A stretch of DNA of 64,000 bases from a virus, in IMG/VR virus record IMGVR_UViG_3300045988_071562, positions 1 through 64,000 of that record, one strand, 5' to 3'. The translations under genes were made by a program, and so were the position numbers. The notes beneath the pieces were generated by a model. The model had not been told where the DNA came from. It did no database searches and worked only from the letters and a program-made list of their open reading frames with translations. The first letter of the stretch is position 1. Each line of letters starts with the position of its first letter. This document shows positions 34,434 through 43,839 of this stretch, piece by piece.

Positions 34434-35359
34434 ATGGAAAGGGTTACAAAAGAACGGTTCTCTTCCTGAATGAACTGTCTGTATTCAAGTTCCTCAGGTG
34501 TCACACCCCAGAGACCAACACCGAAAGAACCGTTAGCATCTGCTTCATACAGAGTAAATACATCCTCTTTAAGGTATCTGGCTGTTTTCAGGGTTCCATC
34601 TGCTTTTCTGAAATTAAAGTTCTCATCACAACGATCAATTGTGATTTCATATTCCTGCATAAGCAGATTGGCAAGCTCCTGCTTTGTGAGAAGCCTTTTA
34701 TTTGCAGCACCCAGAACAGCTGTCTGCATTGCAGTGTTGTTCCGCATATAGTTAATCATTTTAAGAGAAGTAACAGCTTTGTTTACTACATAGCCATTGC
34801 CTTCTGCTACAGCTACCATTTTCTGGATATCGCCCATGATGTCTGCATCTGGCTTAGACCAATCAGTAAGCGTTACTTTTGCACTTGCTGGAACGCCATA
34901 GTCAATTCCCATGTCAACATGATTCTCTTTGATTGTTACAGCGCCAGTGGAAAGGAACTGTCCTTTCATAACATTTGCTCTTGTAACAACGCCCTCGAAC
35001 AGTCTGGCTGCATCATCAAATACAAAGCTTTTCAGCGCTTCATTATCCGGCACACCGTTTTCAATTGCCTGCCGTAAGTTTTCGGACTGATTGATTTTTC
35101 TCTTAATGAAGAGTTTTTCAGTCAGGACTTTTTCAAATCCAGGTCTTGTGCCGATTTCTGCTTCGCTATCAAGAGCGTGGACGAATGCAACTTCAGGGAG
35201 ATTCTGTCCAGCCATAAGTCTGTAATACTCTGCTTTCAGATACTGGGTTTTTGTATCTGGGAAAATGGTATCGAGGATACCTGGTCTTTTAACGCTGAAA
35301 TTCTGAGAGAAATTAAGTCTTTCTTCTTGGGTAATTGATTCCAAAATATTAAATGGCAT
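34322..35359 (-). CDS. major capsid protein (lambda gpE-like family)
   Basis: 345 aa. The call rests on position after scaffold and decoration genes, plus sequence character. Confidence 0.8.
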   Translation of the reverse strand: MPFNILESITQEERLNFSQNFSVKRPGILDTIFPDTKTQYLKAEYYRLMAGQNLPEVAFVHALDSEAEIGTRPGFEKVLTEKLFIKRKINQSENLRQAIENGVPDNEALKSFVFDDAARLFEGVVTRANVMKGQFLSTGAVTIKENHVDMGIDYGVPASAKVTLTDWSKPDADIMGDIQKMVAVAEGNGYVVNKAVTSLKMINYMRNNTAMQTAVLGAANKRLLTKQELANLLMQEYEITIDRCDENFNFRKADGTLKTARYLKEDVFTLYEADANGSFGVGLWGVTPEELEYRQFIQEENRSFVTLSMWATQDPVAVWTKASGMFVPVVPKANGGIVIGTKAGE

Positions 35360-35372
35360 TTGTCATACCTCC

Positions 35373-35717
35373 TTAAAATACTGGGTCTTCTGTGACTACA
35401 AAAACAATTCCGGCTTTTTCAAGCTCTGTTTTTGCAGTAGTGTCAACTGTTACTGGAAGTCTTTTTTCGAGAACACGGCCTGCGACGATCACGGAAATTG
35501 GTCTCTTTGTATCATCTGTCATATCAACATCTTCAAATACAATGCCGATTGCGCCTGTCGCATTTGTTGGATATACGGAACCTGCTTTAATAATTTTCTT
35601 AGTTCCAACTGTTTCAGCATTTGTTTGATCTGCTGTGTAGGTTTTAAGTACAAGTCCGACCTCGGATTCAAGAATATTTGGAGTGGACTCATATTGCTCT
35701 GTTTTCATAAAAGCCAT
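35373..35717 (-). CDS. head decoration-like protein
   Basis: 114 aa between scaffold and capsid. Confidence 0.45.
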   Translation of the reverse strand: MAFMKTEQYESTPNILESEVGLVLKTYTADQTNAETVGTKKIIKAGSVYPTNATGAIGIVFEDVDMTDDTKRPISVIVAGRVLEKRLPVTVDTTAKTELEKAGIVFVVTEDPVF

Positions 35718-35735
35718 TATTTATATCTCCTTTAC

Positions 35736-36386
35736 TTAAATATTTACAGGGGCGTTACCGTCCGCTGATTTAGTTTCCTGGTTCATTTTTTTTGCTGAGT
35801 AAGCTTTTGCGAATTCAGCAGCATCGCTTTTCACTGTAGCTTTGCCACCACTACCACCGCCCGGATTCGGAGTGTTTTCCAATGCTTCTTTCTCCCAAGC
35901 TGCCTTTGCGGTATCGAGTGCTGTTTTATTTGCTTCGGAAACTCCCTTAACAAAAGTTTCGACTTCTTTCATTGCATCTTCTGGTTTCTCATACGGTGCA
36001 GATGCGTATGCTTTAATAGCACTCGCGTATGTTTCAGTTGAAAGTCCTGCATTTGCGAACATAGAAGTAATTTCACTGGTAAGGGCTTTTTTGTTGGATT
36101 CTGCAAGCGCAGCTTTCAAATCAGCTAACTCCTTATCCACTGCTTCCTTTTCTTTCTTGCGTTCAGCTTCTAGCCGTTCGGCTTCGGTCATGTTCTGCTT
36201 TTTCAACTCTTCCAACTCTTTTTCCAGGGAATCTGCTTTTTCAGCTTTTTCCTTCAGAGAAACATTTTTGTCTTTCTCTTTCTTAGTTTCAGCAGAAATA
36301 GAATCAAGAAGCTTAGAAACCTGTTCCTCGGAAGGTTCTGCAACTCCCATACCGATAAGTGCCTGTTTTGCCTGTTCTCTTGTCAT
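35736..36386 (-). CDS. scaffolding protein
   Basis: SD-led MTREQAKQ. The sequence is E/K/A-rich coiled coil. Confidence 0.7.
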   Translation of the reverse strand: MTREQAKQALIGMGVAEPSEEQVSKLLDSISAETKKEKDKNVSLKEKAEKADSLEKELEELKKQNMTEAERLEAERKKEKEAVDKELADLKAALAESNKKALTSEITSMFANAGLSTETYASAIKAYASAPYEKPEDAMKEVETFVKGVSEANKTALDTAKAAWEKEALENTPNPGGGSGGKATVKSDAAEFAKAYSAKKMNQETKSADGNAPVNI

Positions 36387-36551
36387 TGAAATCTCCTTTC
36401 TTCCAGTCCAATACGCTTTTTCAACACGGTTCGCTCCGCACATGGTCTGTACCCGATTTACGCTCACGGGCTGTTGCAATTTATTTGATTTTGGGTATTA
36501 AAAAAGAAGCCTTAGATTTCTCTAAAACTCCTTAAATAATCGAAATTTGGT

Positions 36552-38048
36552 TCATTCTTCGTTAGATGGAGAATTTGCCATTGGTTCTGTTTTGGACGGA
36601 TTTTGAAACTTTCCGTCAAGTAATTGCTGTGCTTTCTGCATTTCCGCTTCTGGGTTTGCCAGTTCTGGATAAATTGTTCCAAGATAAGGAAGGCTCATTT
36701 CATAGACTTTCTGCGGATCACTAAATAAGCCGCAAGTAATCAGTGCGATAAGCGGATGAATTTTATTTTTGAACAGATAATCAAGCGCTTGTGCTTTTAC
36801 AAGCATATTGTCTGTTGGGTTTCTGGTTATCTTCACATCGAAATCTCGTGTTGAGATATTAACATCATTTGATGTGCCACGGATAATATTCAGAATAATT
36901 CTGGCAGATTCCTTTTCAGCTTCCTTGGTGAATGCTTCTACCAATTTTGCATCTCTCTCTGCAAAATCCCATCCATTACGAAGGTATACGGCATTTCCTG
37001 TATCCCCTCCGCTGTTGCTTTGACGGTTTGGCATTGCTTCCACAATCAGCATATTATTGTAGATATCATCCTTTGCAACCTGGCTTTCTGATTGATTTAG
37101 TTCAGCGGTCATCAGTTCAACATCCGACTGACATCCATTTCCGGTATCTTTAACAGAGATAGCACCAAGCTTTACCATTTTCAAAAACTCGTTTTCGTCT
37201 ACCTCGCAGTTTTTAAATTTCATAAAGGCTTGCACAAACTGTTCCACGCCATTTAATCTATCAGACTGATATTTGTTGATTGCATCGAATAAGGTGATTG
37301 CAATTTCAACATCCGAAAGTCTATCGTGATTATTCGGGCATTCAACAATAGGAATACCACCAAAACCATTGATGCCGTAATTGGTCACTTTTCCATTCTT
37401 GATTTCAAAAAACTGGTTCTTTGAATAACATAAATAATATTGCTGTTCATCTTCATCTTTTAAAATCTGTACGGAAAGCATTGCTTTCCCATTTCTCTGC
37501 GAATATACAATGTAACAATCACCTGGATATGGGATGAAAATTCTAAATGGAGGTAAATCTCCGTTTTTTGTCCAGTCCTCTTCTTTCAGAATAGCCTTAT
37601 AAGAAGTTCCTGTTGCGCTTTGGTATATTGCCCTCTGGATGTTTCTTGCATCTGCATTGGCTTCATCCAGATAATCATTCAGAAGGTCAACTTGCTCATT
37701 TATTTTTTTATCTGCTTTTTTCTTTTTGCATACATATTGGATTGGCTCCCCGCAAATTTGTCCAGCTTTAAATTTCACAGTTTCAAATGCGTGATTTTCA
37801 ACCACTCTGTTATTAACTTCTGGACGGACTATTTTATTTCGATATAATATTGGCTGATCGCCTTTCATGTACCGATACAAGTAATCAATCAATGTTCGGT
37901 TTCTATTATGTATACCAATTGTATCTGACACTACTTTTACTACATTTTGTGGAGTGATTCGGTCAACGCCTGTGTAGGCTACTTTTCGCCCGAACTCACC
38001 TCGGCATAAATCTACAAAATTCATTGTATTTCTCACGAGCCGAACCAT
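36552..38048 (-). CDS. portal protein (SPP1 gp6-like)
   Basis: ~500 aa next to TerL. The start is 38048 or 38024. The track N-terminal extension covers the late box and a terminator. Confidence 0.85.
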   Translation of the reverse strand: MVRLVRNTMNFVDLCRGEFGRKVAYTGVDRITPQNVVKVVSDTIGIHNRNRTLIDYLYRYMKGDQPILYRNKIVRPEVNNRVVENHAFETVKFKAGQICGEPIQYVCKKKKADKKINEQVDLLNDYLDEANADARNIQRAIYQSATGTSYKAILKEEDWTKNGDLPPFRIFIPYPGDCYIVYSQRNGKAMLSVQILKDEDEQQYYLCYSKNQFFEIKNGKVTNYGINGFGGIPIVECPNNHDRLSDVEIAITLFDAINKYQSDRLNGVEQFVQAFMKFKNCEVDENEFLKMVKLGAISVKDTGNGCQSDVELMTAELNQSESQVAKDDIYNNMLIVEAMPNRQSNSGGDTGNAVYLRNGWDFAERDAKLVEAFTKEAEKESARIILNIIRGTSNDVNISTRDFDVKITRNPTDNMLVKAQALDYLFKNKIHPLIALITCGLFSDPQKVYEMSLPYLGTIYPELANPEAEMQKAQQLLDGKFQNPSKTEPMANSPSNEE

Positions 38049-38057
38049 CCTTTCTGC

Positions 38058-38091
38058 AAAATAAAAAGCACTGGATATTTTAATCCAATGC
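38058..38091 (-). terminator. leader intrinsic terminator (late cassette copy A)
   Basis: Read on the minus strand: GCAUUGGA-uuaaaaua-UCCAGUGC, then UUUUUAUUUU. Confidence 0.55.
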
Positions 38092-38101
38092 TCTACTTTA
38101 T

Positions 38102-38146
38102 ATTTTACACATATTGGCGGTATCATTCAGTATATTTTGGTATCAT
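38102..38146 (-). promoter_or_regulatory. late-box copy A plus TAAAAT
   Basis: The box at 38119-38146 overlaps the stop of the DUF1492-like gene. The -10 is at 38107-38102. Confidence 0.5.
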
Positions 38147-38565
38147 CTTTCAAAACCTTTTATCTTTTTTACTTCTGCCAAAGCTTTTAAGTGTTTTTTC
38201 TTAATATGTATTTCAGAATATCCCATCTCGTCTGCGATACGAACCAATGATTTGTACTCAACATAGTGCTTAAATAGTATGTTGTACAGCAACGGGTCTT
38301 CAACCTGTTCTATGGTTCGAACTATTTCCTGTTTTTTTTGTAAAAATTCGGATATCATTTTTGAAATCTCTTCTCGCAGATCAAATATCTTTGCAACCAT
38401 ATCTCCCATTGGATCACGTTTTACAGAAGTTTGTACCTTTTCTCCAACAGGGATTGCAGATACACTTGTGGAAAGAGAACTGAGCTGTTCTTCTTCGATA
38501 AGCTTGTTTTTGATTCTGTTATCATAATTTTCAATTTGTCGTAAATATTGAGTTGCAGTCATCAT
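38143..38565 (-). CDS. DUF1492-family sigma-70 region-4-like protein (putative late transcription regulator)
   Basis: TQYLRQIENYDNRIKNKLIEEEQL...MGDMVAKIFDLREEISKMISEFLQKKQEIVRTIEQVEDPLLYNILFKHYVEYKSLVRIADEMGYSEIHIKKKHLKAL follows the DUF1492 pattern. Confidence 0.65.
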   Translation of the reverse strand: MMTATQYLRQIENYDNRIKNKLIEEEQLSSLSTSVSAIPVGEKVQTSVKRDPMGDMVAKIFDLREEISKMISEFLQKKQEIVRTIEQVEDPLLYNILFKHYVEYKSLVRIADEMGYSEIHIKKKHLKALAEVKKIKGFER

Positions 38566-38568
38566 ATT

Positions 38569-40263
38569 TTATCTCCTTCCCCACATAAAATTTTTGGTTG
38601 CTTTTACTTCTGCAAATCTTTTTCCAGCAAGTGTTATTGCAAGCTGTGTAACTCCATCTGCGGCGTCATCATGCTCATTATCGCCAATATATACAAAGGT
38701 CGTTAATTCATCCATGGCCTTTTGATACTGCTTGTCTTGATATTTTGGAGCCAAAAATATGAAATTCTGCTTAACATCCCCGGAATACTGATTTATTTTT
38801 TCTTTTTTTGCTTGTTTTGAAGGCGCTTTTGTACTGGTCGTGCTGCAAGCGTATTTATGTTCTTTCAACCGTTCATTTACATAATAGGCATACATATCTC
38901 CACCATTATTTGCTTCAAAATTGATGGATTGAATATTATTACCCATGATTCTTCCAACAACTAATGGCAATGTTCCTTCTTTTGGTGCCGTGCTGAAAAT
39001 CCAGTCATAAATATACACATCTCCATTTTCGTATTCTGCGCCCACTGGCATTGATAAGCTATCACCACCACCCCACGCAACATCACAGGCAGAAACATTT
39101 TTAACAAATCCCCCTTCTGGAAGAACGCCGTTATAATATCTCAATTCATCAGCTGCAAACACAATTCCTTCACGTAAGAAGGGCTTTTGCTGATATTTGG
39201 CTTCCCATTCGTTAGCGTCTAACCTGGCTTTCATATCGACATAATATTTTGTTGAAAATCCAACGCCATACTCATAATCGAAATTCGATTTACCTTCATC
39301 ATTCAAAGCTGGAATTTTTCTAAACCGATACATTGGATTATCGTGATTTAGCTTCTCGATTTTTCCAAGAGGGTCATATAAATTCCATCTAGTTCCAACC
39401 ATAAGTTCCCTTGCGCCATCAATCTTACGGTCAACCATCTTATTCAGATATTCTTGATATGTATTTTCTAATCGGGTAGGACTTAATGAATGTTGCCTAT
39501 CTCTTACAAGATCATCCACATACAAATAACCATCGGAAGAAATATCAACGGCACCCGTCCAAGTTCCTTCAATACCACGGCAAGTCATTGTTGCAAATCT
39601 ATCTGGTTTGTCCAGGTTTATTTCAAAATCATCAGCACTTTGTTTTTGAAGTTTCGACTGTGGAAAAATTTCATTGTAGTTGTATTCCTGTGTATTAATG
39701 AGATTAAGAAGTTCTCCGTAAAATCCTTTTGCCAGTTTTCCAGAATGACCGCCCATTGCACTATGACTATTCGGTCTTTTACCCATTATCCAAGACATAA
39801 AGAAAATACACATAGTAGATTTTCCAACACGGCTTGGAAGCGATAAACCGTAAAACTCTATCTTTCTTTCTTCCAAATCTTGTAGGTCTTGGGCTACCAC
39901 ATGTAGTGTTTTTCTTCTTGGAATATAAAATTTCTTGCTGTCCGGTCTATTCTTTTCCATATAAAGCAAGTAACTTTCAAATAAATGTGGTGCTTCCAGT
40001 AACAAATACTGCCAGTATATATCGTCAAAGTCACCACTACCAGTTAATGCAGCACACTTCTCTGCTATGTTATGTGAGTATTGACTTACTTTCATAGCCA
40101 TTTTCCGTGCTTCTTGGTTCTTGTCGAAAGGAAGGTCAATATTCATATTTAAGAGCAAATCAAGGCAATCTTTTTGGTTCTGATAGATTGTCATATCACT
40201 ATTGATAATTTGATTCAGTACTGCCCGATACCATTCGAGCGAGCCTTCTGTAATTTTTGACAT
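38569..40263 (-). CDS. terL: terminase large subunit
   Basis: Walker A LPSRVGKST, Walker B-like YLYVDDLV, and a C-terminal nuclease-type region. Confidence 0.9.
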   Translation of the reverse strand: MSKITEGSLEWYRAVLNQIINSDMTIYQNQKDCLDLLLNMNIDLPFDKNQEARKMAMKVSQYSHNIAEKCAALTGSGDFDDIYWQYLLLEAPHLFESYLLYMEKNRPDSKKFYIPRRKTLHVVAQDLQDLEERKIEFYGLSLPSRVGKSTMCIFFMSWIMGKRPNSHSAMGGHSGKLAKGFYGELLNLINTQEYNYNEIFPQSKLQKQSADDFEINLDKPDRFATMTCRGIEGTWTGAVDISSDGYLYVDDLVRDRQHSLSPTRLENTYQEYLNKMVDRKIDGARELMVGTRWNLYDPLGKIEKLNHDNPMYRFRKIPALNDEGKSNFDYEYGVGFSTKYYVDMKARLDANEWEAKYQQKPFLREGIVFAADELRYYNGVLPEGGFVKNVSACDVAWGGGDSLSMPVGAEYENGDVYIYDWIFSTAPKEGTLPLVVGRIMGNNIQSINFEANNGGDMYAYYVNERLKEHKYACSTTSTKAPSKQAKKEKINQYSGDVKQNFIFLAPKYQDKQYQKAMDELTTFVYIGDNEHDDAADGVTQLAITLAGKRFAEVKATKNFMWGRR

Positions 40264-40309
40264 AAAAATAGAGCCAGACCTTCTTTCTTTTTAGGATTTA
40301 GTCTGGCTC
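40264..40309 (-). terminator. intrinsic terminator directly abutting the TerL ATG
   Basis: Read on the minus strand: GAGCCAGAC...GUCUGGCUC (9 bp), then UAUUUUU-ATG. No SD is visible for TerL. Confidence 0.55.
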
Positions 40310-40314
40310 TCATG

Positions 40315-40329
40315 TGGCTCTCTTGACTG
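40315..40329. repeat. 15-bp direct repeat TGGCTCTCTTGACTG (copy 1)
   Basis: Identical to 41548-41562. It ends 1 nt before the RtcB stop codon. Confidence 0.85.
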
Positions 40330-41532
40330 TTATTCACTTGCTTTAAAGTTATATATAGGTTTGATAATATCAATTATTTCTACGGTATCTTTGATGTTAT
40401 CAATAATTTCTTGCGGTGTTTTGTAAGCCATAGGGCTTTCATCAATTGTAGATTTATGAACGGATGTTGTATATATTCCATCCATAGACTCCTTAAATTC
40501 TTCTAACGAAATGTTTTCTTTTGCTTTTGACCGGCTCATAATACGTCCTGCGCCATGCGGGGCTGAACAGTTCCAATCCTCGTTTCCTTTCCCGACTGCA
40601 ATAATGCATCCGTCTCGCATATTCATGGGGATAAGAACTTTTTCACCATACTTAGCTGATATCGCACCTTTCCGAACAATATTTGTATCGTGGTCAATAT
40701 AATTATGAATTGTGTCAAACCATGTATTTCTTTGAAGCGTCCAATTCATGCTGTAGAATATAGCCGACTGTATACACCGTCTGTTTATTCTTGCAAATTC
40801 TTGACAGATTTTCATATCATGCAGATATTGTTTTCTGTGTTCTCCTGTCAAGTAGCACAATTCTTTCGGAATGTCAAGTTTGTCTGGCTTCCATTTTCGT
40901 TTTAATTCGTCAATACCATTTTGAATTTCCTTGTGCCTGCCAGAGCACTTGTATTCTTTTATTAATTTCTGTATTTCAGTTTCAAGTTTATCTGTGCTCC
41001 GCATATCTTCTATGGCAATTTTTTGATATATTTCAGCTACTTGCTTCCCAAGGTTGCGACTTCCAGTATGAATTACAAGGTATTTTGCACCTTTTGAATT
41101 GGTGTCAACTTCAATAAAATGATTTCCACCCCCAAGTGTACCAAGGCTCCTGCGAATCCATTCGATATTTTTAAGCTGATGAAAGCAGTGAAGTTCTTCT
41201 AATTCTTCAAAATTTATGATTTCGTCACGTACATTTCTTCCTGCTGGAACATTGTTTCTTATTACTTCGTCAAGTTTTTTTAAATCTATTGTTCCCACAT
41301 CGGTAGGAATTTGTGTTGTAAGCATTCCACATCCAATGTCCACGCCAACAATGTTTGGAATTACTTTATCTCCGAGATCAGCAGTAAAGCCAATTACACA
41401 TCCTGCTCCTGCGTGAACATCTGGCATGATTCGTACTTTGCATTCAGAAAATGCAGGCTGTTTTATCAATGCATAAATCTGATTTAATGCTTCTGGTTCG
41501 ATATTTTCTGTAAATATCTTCAAGTCACTCAT
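40330..41532 (-). CDS. rtcB: RNA ligase RtcB
   Basis: 400 aa with GCGM, NHFIE, HTGSRNLG and APHGAGR motifs characteristic of RtcB. Confidence 0.9.
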   Translation of the reverse strand: MSDLKIFTENIEPEALNQIYALIKQPAFSECKVRIMPDVHAGAGCVIGFTADLGDKVIPNIVGVDIGCGMLTTQIPTDVGTIDLKKLDEVIRNNVPAGRNVRDEIINFEELEELHCFHQLKNIEWIRRSLGTLGGGNHFIEVDTNSKGAKYLVIHTGSRNLGKQVAEIYQKIAIEDMRSTDKLETEIQKLIKEYKCSGRHKEIQNGIDELKRKWKPDKLDIPKELCYLTGEHRKQYLHDMKICQEFARINRRCIQSAIFYSMNWTLQRNTWFDTIHNYIDHDTNIVRKGAISAKYGEKVLIPMNMRDGCIIAVGKGNEDWNCSAPHGAGRIMSRSKAKENISLEEFKESMDGIYTTSVHKSTIDESPMAYKTPQEIIDNIKDTVEIIDIIKPIYNFKASE

Positions 41533-41547
41533 AATGGCGCTCCTTTC

Positions 41548-41562
41548 TGGCTCTCTTGACTG
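41548..41562. repeat. 15-bp direct repeat TGGCTCTCTTGACTG (copy 2)
   Basis: Lies 16 nt upstream of the RtcB ATG and 3 nt below the stop of the upstream gene. Confidence 0.85.
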
Positions 41563-41564
41563 AT

Positions 41565-41759
41565 TTACTTATTTTTTTCCGTAAAAATATTTTCAATTAC
41601 TTTCCACTCTGCGAATACTGTCATAAACAATAATGGTACTGCCGAAAATCCCCAATGATTTTCAATCATCATTTGAATTGTGGCTATCAAATAATCTGCT
41701 ACCCATTTGGATATTATGAAATTCGCAATTATCCAACATATTTTTCTTGCCTTCTTCAC
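41565..41759 (-). CDS. small membrane protein
   Basis: 64 aa with two hydrophobic segments. Confidence 0.4.
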   Translation of the reverse strand: MKKARKICWIIANFIISKWVADYLIATIQMMIENHWGFSAVPLLFMTVFAEWKVIENIFTEKNK

Positions 41760-41774
41760 TCAATAGACCTCCAT

Positions 41775-42056
41775 TTATTTCCACGGTATATTATCATTTT
41801 CGTGTTCCAAAAAGAAATCAACCTTGTCAACATATCCTTTAGCTATCAGTTTTTTTACACAATCATCAACTCTTACAGGAGATGTATACCTTGTAAATTC
41901 ATTTGAATATACAGTCTTGGCTGTAATATTTCCGCATATTTTGCATTTTTTTACAATATAAGCATTTATATGAGTACCATTTCCGTAATCTATTCTGTCA
42001 TAGCATTTCCCAATTTCCTCATATAGGTGGGAACATTTTTCTTTAAACCAATTCAT
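41775..42056 (-). CDS. hypothetical Cys-containing protein
   Basis: 93 aa; contains CKICGN. Confidence 0.4.
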   Translation of the reverse strand: MNWFKEKCSHLYEEIGKCYDRIDYGNGTHINAYIVKKCKICGNITAKTVYSNEFTRYTSPVRVDDCVKKLIAKGYVDKVDFFLEHENDNIPWK

Positions 42057-42060
42057 ACAT

Positions 42061-42240
42061 TCACCTCACTGGAATCCCTAATTGTTTGTAGGCAAATACG
42101 GCAGTGTACTTCTTCCCACATTTGTAGCAAGTTTCCGTAATAGTGCAAGTCTTTTCTTTGTCATTACATTTTGATTCTGTATCCGAACTTTTGAACTTGC
42201 ATCCACCTGTCAAAATGCATTTAATCCGTTTTACGTTCAT
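42061..42240 (-). CDS. Cys-rich miniprotein
   Basis: GGAGG SD before MNVKRIKCILTGGCKF...CYKCGKKY. Confidence 0.4.
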   Translation of the reverse strand: MNVKRIKCILTGGCKFKSSDTESKCNDKEKTCTITETCYKCGKKYTAVFAYKQLGIPVR

Positions 42241-42742
42241 CTGGTTCCTCCAAATAATTGATAATTTCATGTGCGATATGCGCCAATTCCCTTCTGGTAT
42301 GTCGTTCAAAAAATTCATCAATGTCAATTTTGAATACTGAATCAAATTTCTGTGATTCATTGATTCTTTTTATAGCTTTATCAAGTTTTGTTTCTGGATA
42401 ATGTGGGTTTATATAACAAGTCAAAGGATTATTTTCATCATGTACCTCTGAATCGCATATAACCTTATACCATTTAACAGAAGTTCTTTCTCCTGCATCT
42501 TTTTGAATTAGAATATTTGAAAGTCCTCCAATATAACATTTTATGACCATATCATCATTTTTTATTTTTACTGAATATTCCTTTTGAAATTCAAATACAG
42601 TGTACTCAGTATAAAATTTTAAAACGGTCTTTGTAATTGGCGGATAAGATGTAAAAAGAATTTCCTCGATATCAATCTGCGCATATGTTTCTATTCCAAG
42701 TTCGATGATCTCAATCGGAATCCTTTTAACCACAATTCTCAT
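42221..42742 (-). CDS. hypothetical protein
   Basis: 173-aa ORF. Confidence 0.5.
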   Translation of the reverse strand: MRIVVKRIPIEIIELGIETYAQIDIEEILFTSYPPITKTVLKFYTEYTVFEFQKEYSVKIKNDDMVIKCYIGGLSNILIQKDAGERTSVKWYKVICDSEVHDENNPLTCYINPHYPETKLDKAIKRINESQKFDSVFKIDIDEFFERHTRRELAHIAHEIINYLEEPDERKTD

Positions 42743-42972
42743 ACATTCACCTCAAACTCTCTCTTACAATTGCTACCCTTGCATTTCAATTTAAGATGCT
42801 GAATTTTTGTCTCTGGGCTAATCAGAAGTGCTTTCTTCTGGCAAAAAGGACAACAAGCGTATTTCGTTCCATTGATATTCCGTATCAATGCCTGTCCATT
42901 CCACGGTTCGGGTGGGTTCATGTATTTAGAAAAATCTATCCCTTCGGATTCTAATGCTGACTTAATGCTCAT
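42739..42972 (-). CDS. Com-like zinc-finger protein
   Basis: CCPFCQKKALLISPETKIQHLKLKCKGSNCKREFEV resembles Mu Com-type zinc ribbons. Confidence 0.45.
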   Translation of the reverse strand: MSIKSALESEGIDFSKYMNPPEPWNGQALIRNINGTKYACCPFCQKKALLISPETKIQHLKLKCKGSNCKREFEVNV

Positions 42973-43213
42973 TAATTTTCTCCCTCAATTGCTTTGGCAA
43001 ATCATTAATGGAAAATGTTCCAAAAGTTCCGTAAACAATCTTTTTGTTTTGTGTGATTTCTATATTGTTCAACACTTCTTTTGATATTGGTTCAATATTT
43101 CCAATCTTTAAATCATCGCATACTAGATACTCTGAATGTAGTTTCTTTAGATATACGGCTTCATCACGCAATAAAGCTCCGTCAAGGTCATAATCTGCGT
43201 TTCCTGGTACCAT
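42962..43213 (-). CDS. hypothetical protein
   Basis: 83-aa ORF. Confidence 0.4.
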   Translation of the reverse strand: MVPGNADYDLDGALLRDEAVYLKKLHSEYLVCDDLKIGNIEPISKEVLNNIEITQNKKIVYGTFGTFSINDLPKQLREKINEH

Positions 43214-43484
43214 TAATTTTCCTCCGTTTCGGAATACCGTGCATTTTACGGAAATTGTTCTGTTTTATTCGATCTGGAAAAGCAAAGAGCAAAGCATTTT
43301 CTTTAGTGAGTTTAAATTCGGTTTCAAATTCAAGTGATTTTCCTGCGAAGATAACAGAATTATTTTGTGTCTCAAAAGTCTCTAATGCATAAGCAATTAA
43401 ATCTCGTGGAAATTCTGGTATTCCCGATATGGATATTTCCTCATCTCCTATAAATAAACGCCTTAACTTGTCTTTCTCACCCAT
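43188..43484 (-). CDS. hypothetical protein
   Basis: 98-aa ORF. Confidence 0.4.
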   Translation of the reverse strand: MGEKDKLRRLFIGDEEISISGIPEFPRDLIAYALETFETQNNSVIFAGKSLEFETEFKLTKENALLFAFPDRIKQNNFRKMHGIPKRRKINGTRKRRL

Positions 43485-43485
43485 A

Positions 43486-43827
43486 TCAGCACATTCCTTT
43501 GTTTTTCCTTAAATTAGCGTATCGGTCAACCAGAGTGTCAATGGTAGTCATCAGCTCATTAATTCTAATGCAATCATCCTGGTGGCGTTTTTCGTAATAA
43601 ACATCCTTGAAAGAATCATTTTGTATATTCTCAACGCCCATATATCCCACTAAAGCTCTCTTAGTATCCATTTCATTTGTAAGCGCCATAATATGAGCAT
43701 TGGCCGAATCAAGCTTATCTTTCAAATCCGATATTGTATTCTGCTTTTTCTCACACTCTTTGGATAGACGAACAACTTCTTTCTTCAGCTGTTCTTCCGT
43801 CCAGTCTGCCATGTCTGCATATTTCAT
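43486..43827 (-). CDS. hypothetical coiled-coil protein
   Basis: 113-aa ORF. Confidence 0.45.
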   Translation of the reverse strand: MKYADMADWTEEQLKKEVVRLSKECEKKQNTISDLKDKLDSANAHIMALTNEMDTKRALVGYMGVENIQNDSFKDVYYEKRHQDDCIRINELMTTIDTLVDRYANLRKNKGMC

Positions 43828-43839
43828 ATTTGCCGCTCC

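Noticed and set aside
34256-36501. Plus-strand ORFs 34256-35077 (273 aa) and 35842-36501 (219 aa).
   Set aside because: They are antisense to the major capsid and scaffold genes. They are Cys/Phe/Ser-rich or Ser/Ala-rich low-complexity translations without ribosome-binding sites.
42061-42360. The N-terminal 40 codons of track ORF 42061-42360, and similar long N-terminal extensions of 26030-26485, 27848-29692, 36552-38126, 14195-15766, 55768-57537 and 60882-61901.
   Set aside because: In each case an internal ATG with a good SD gives a sensible protein N-terminus. The extension overlaps the upstream gene or a promoter or terminator element.
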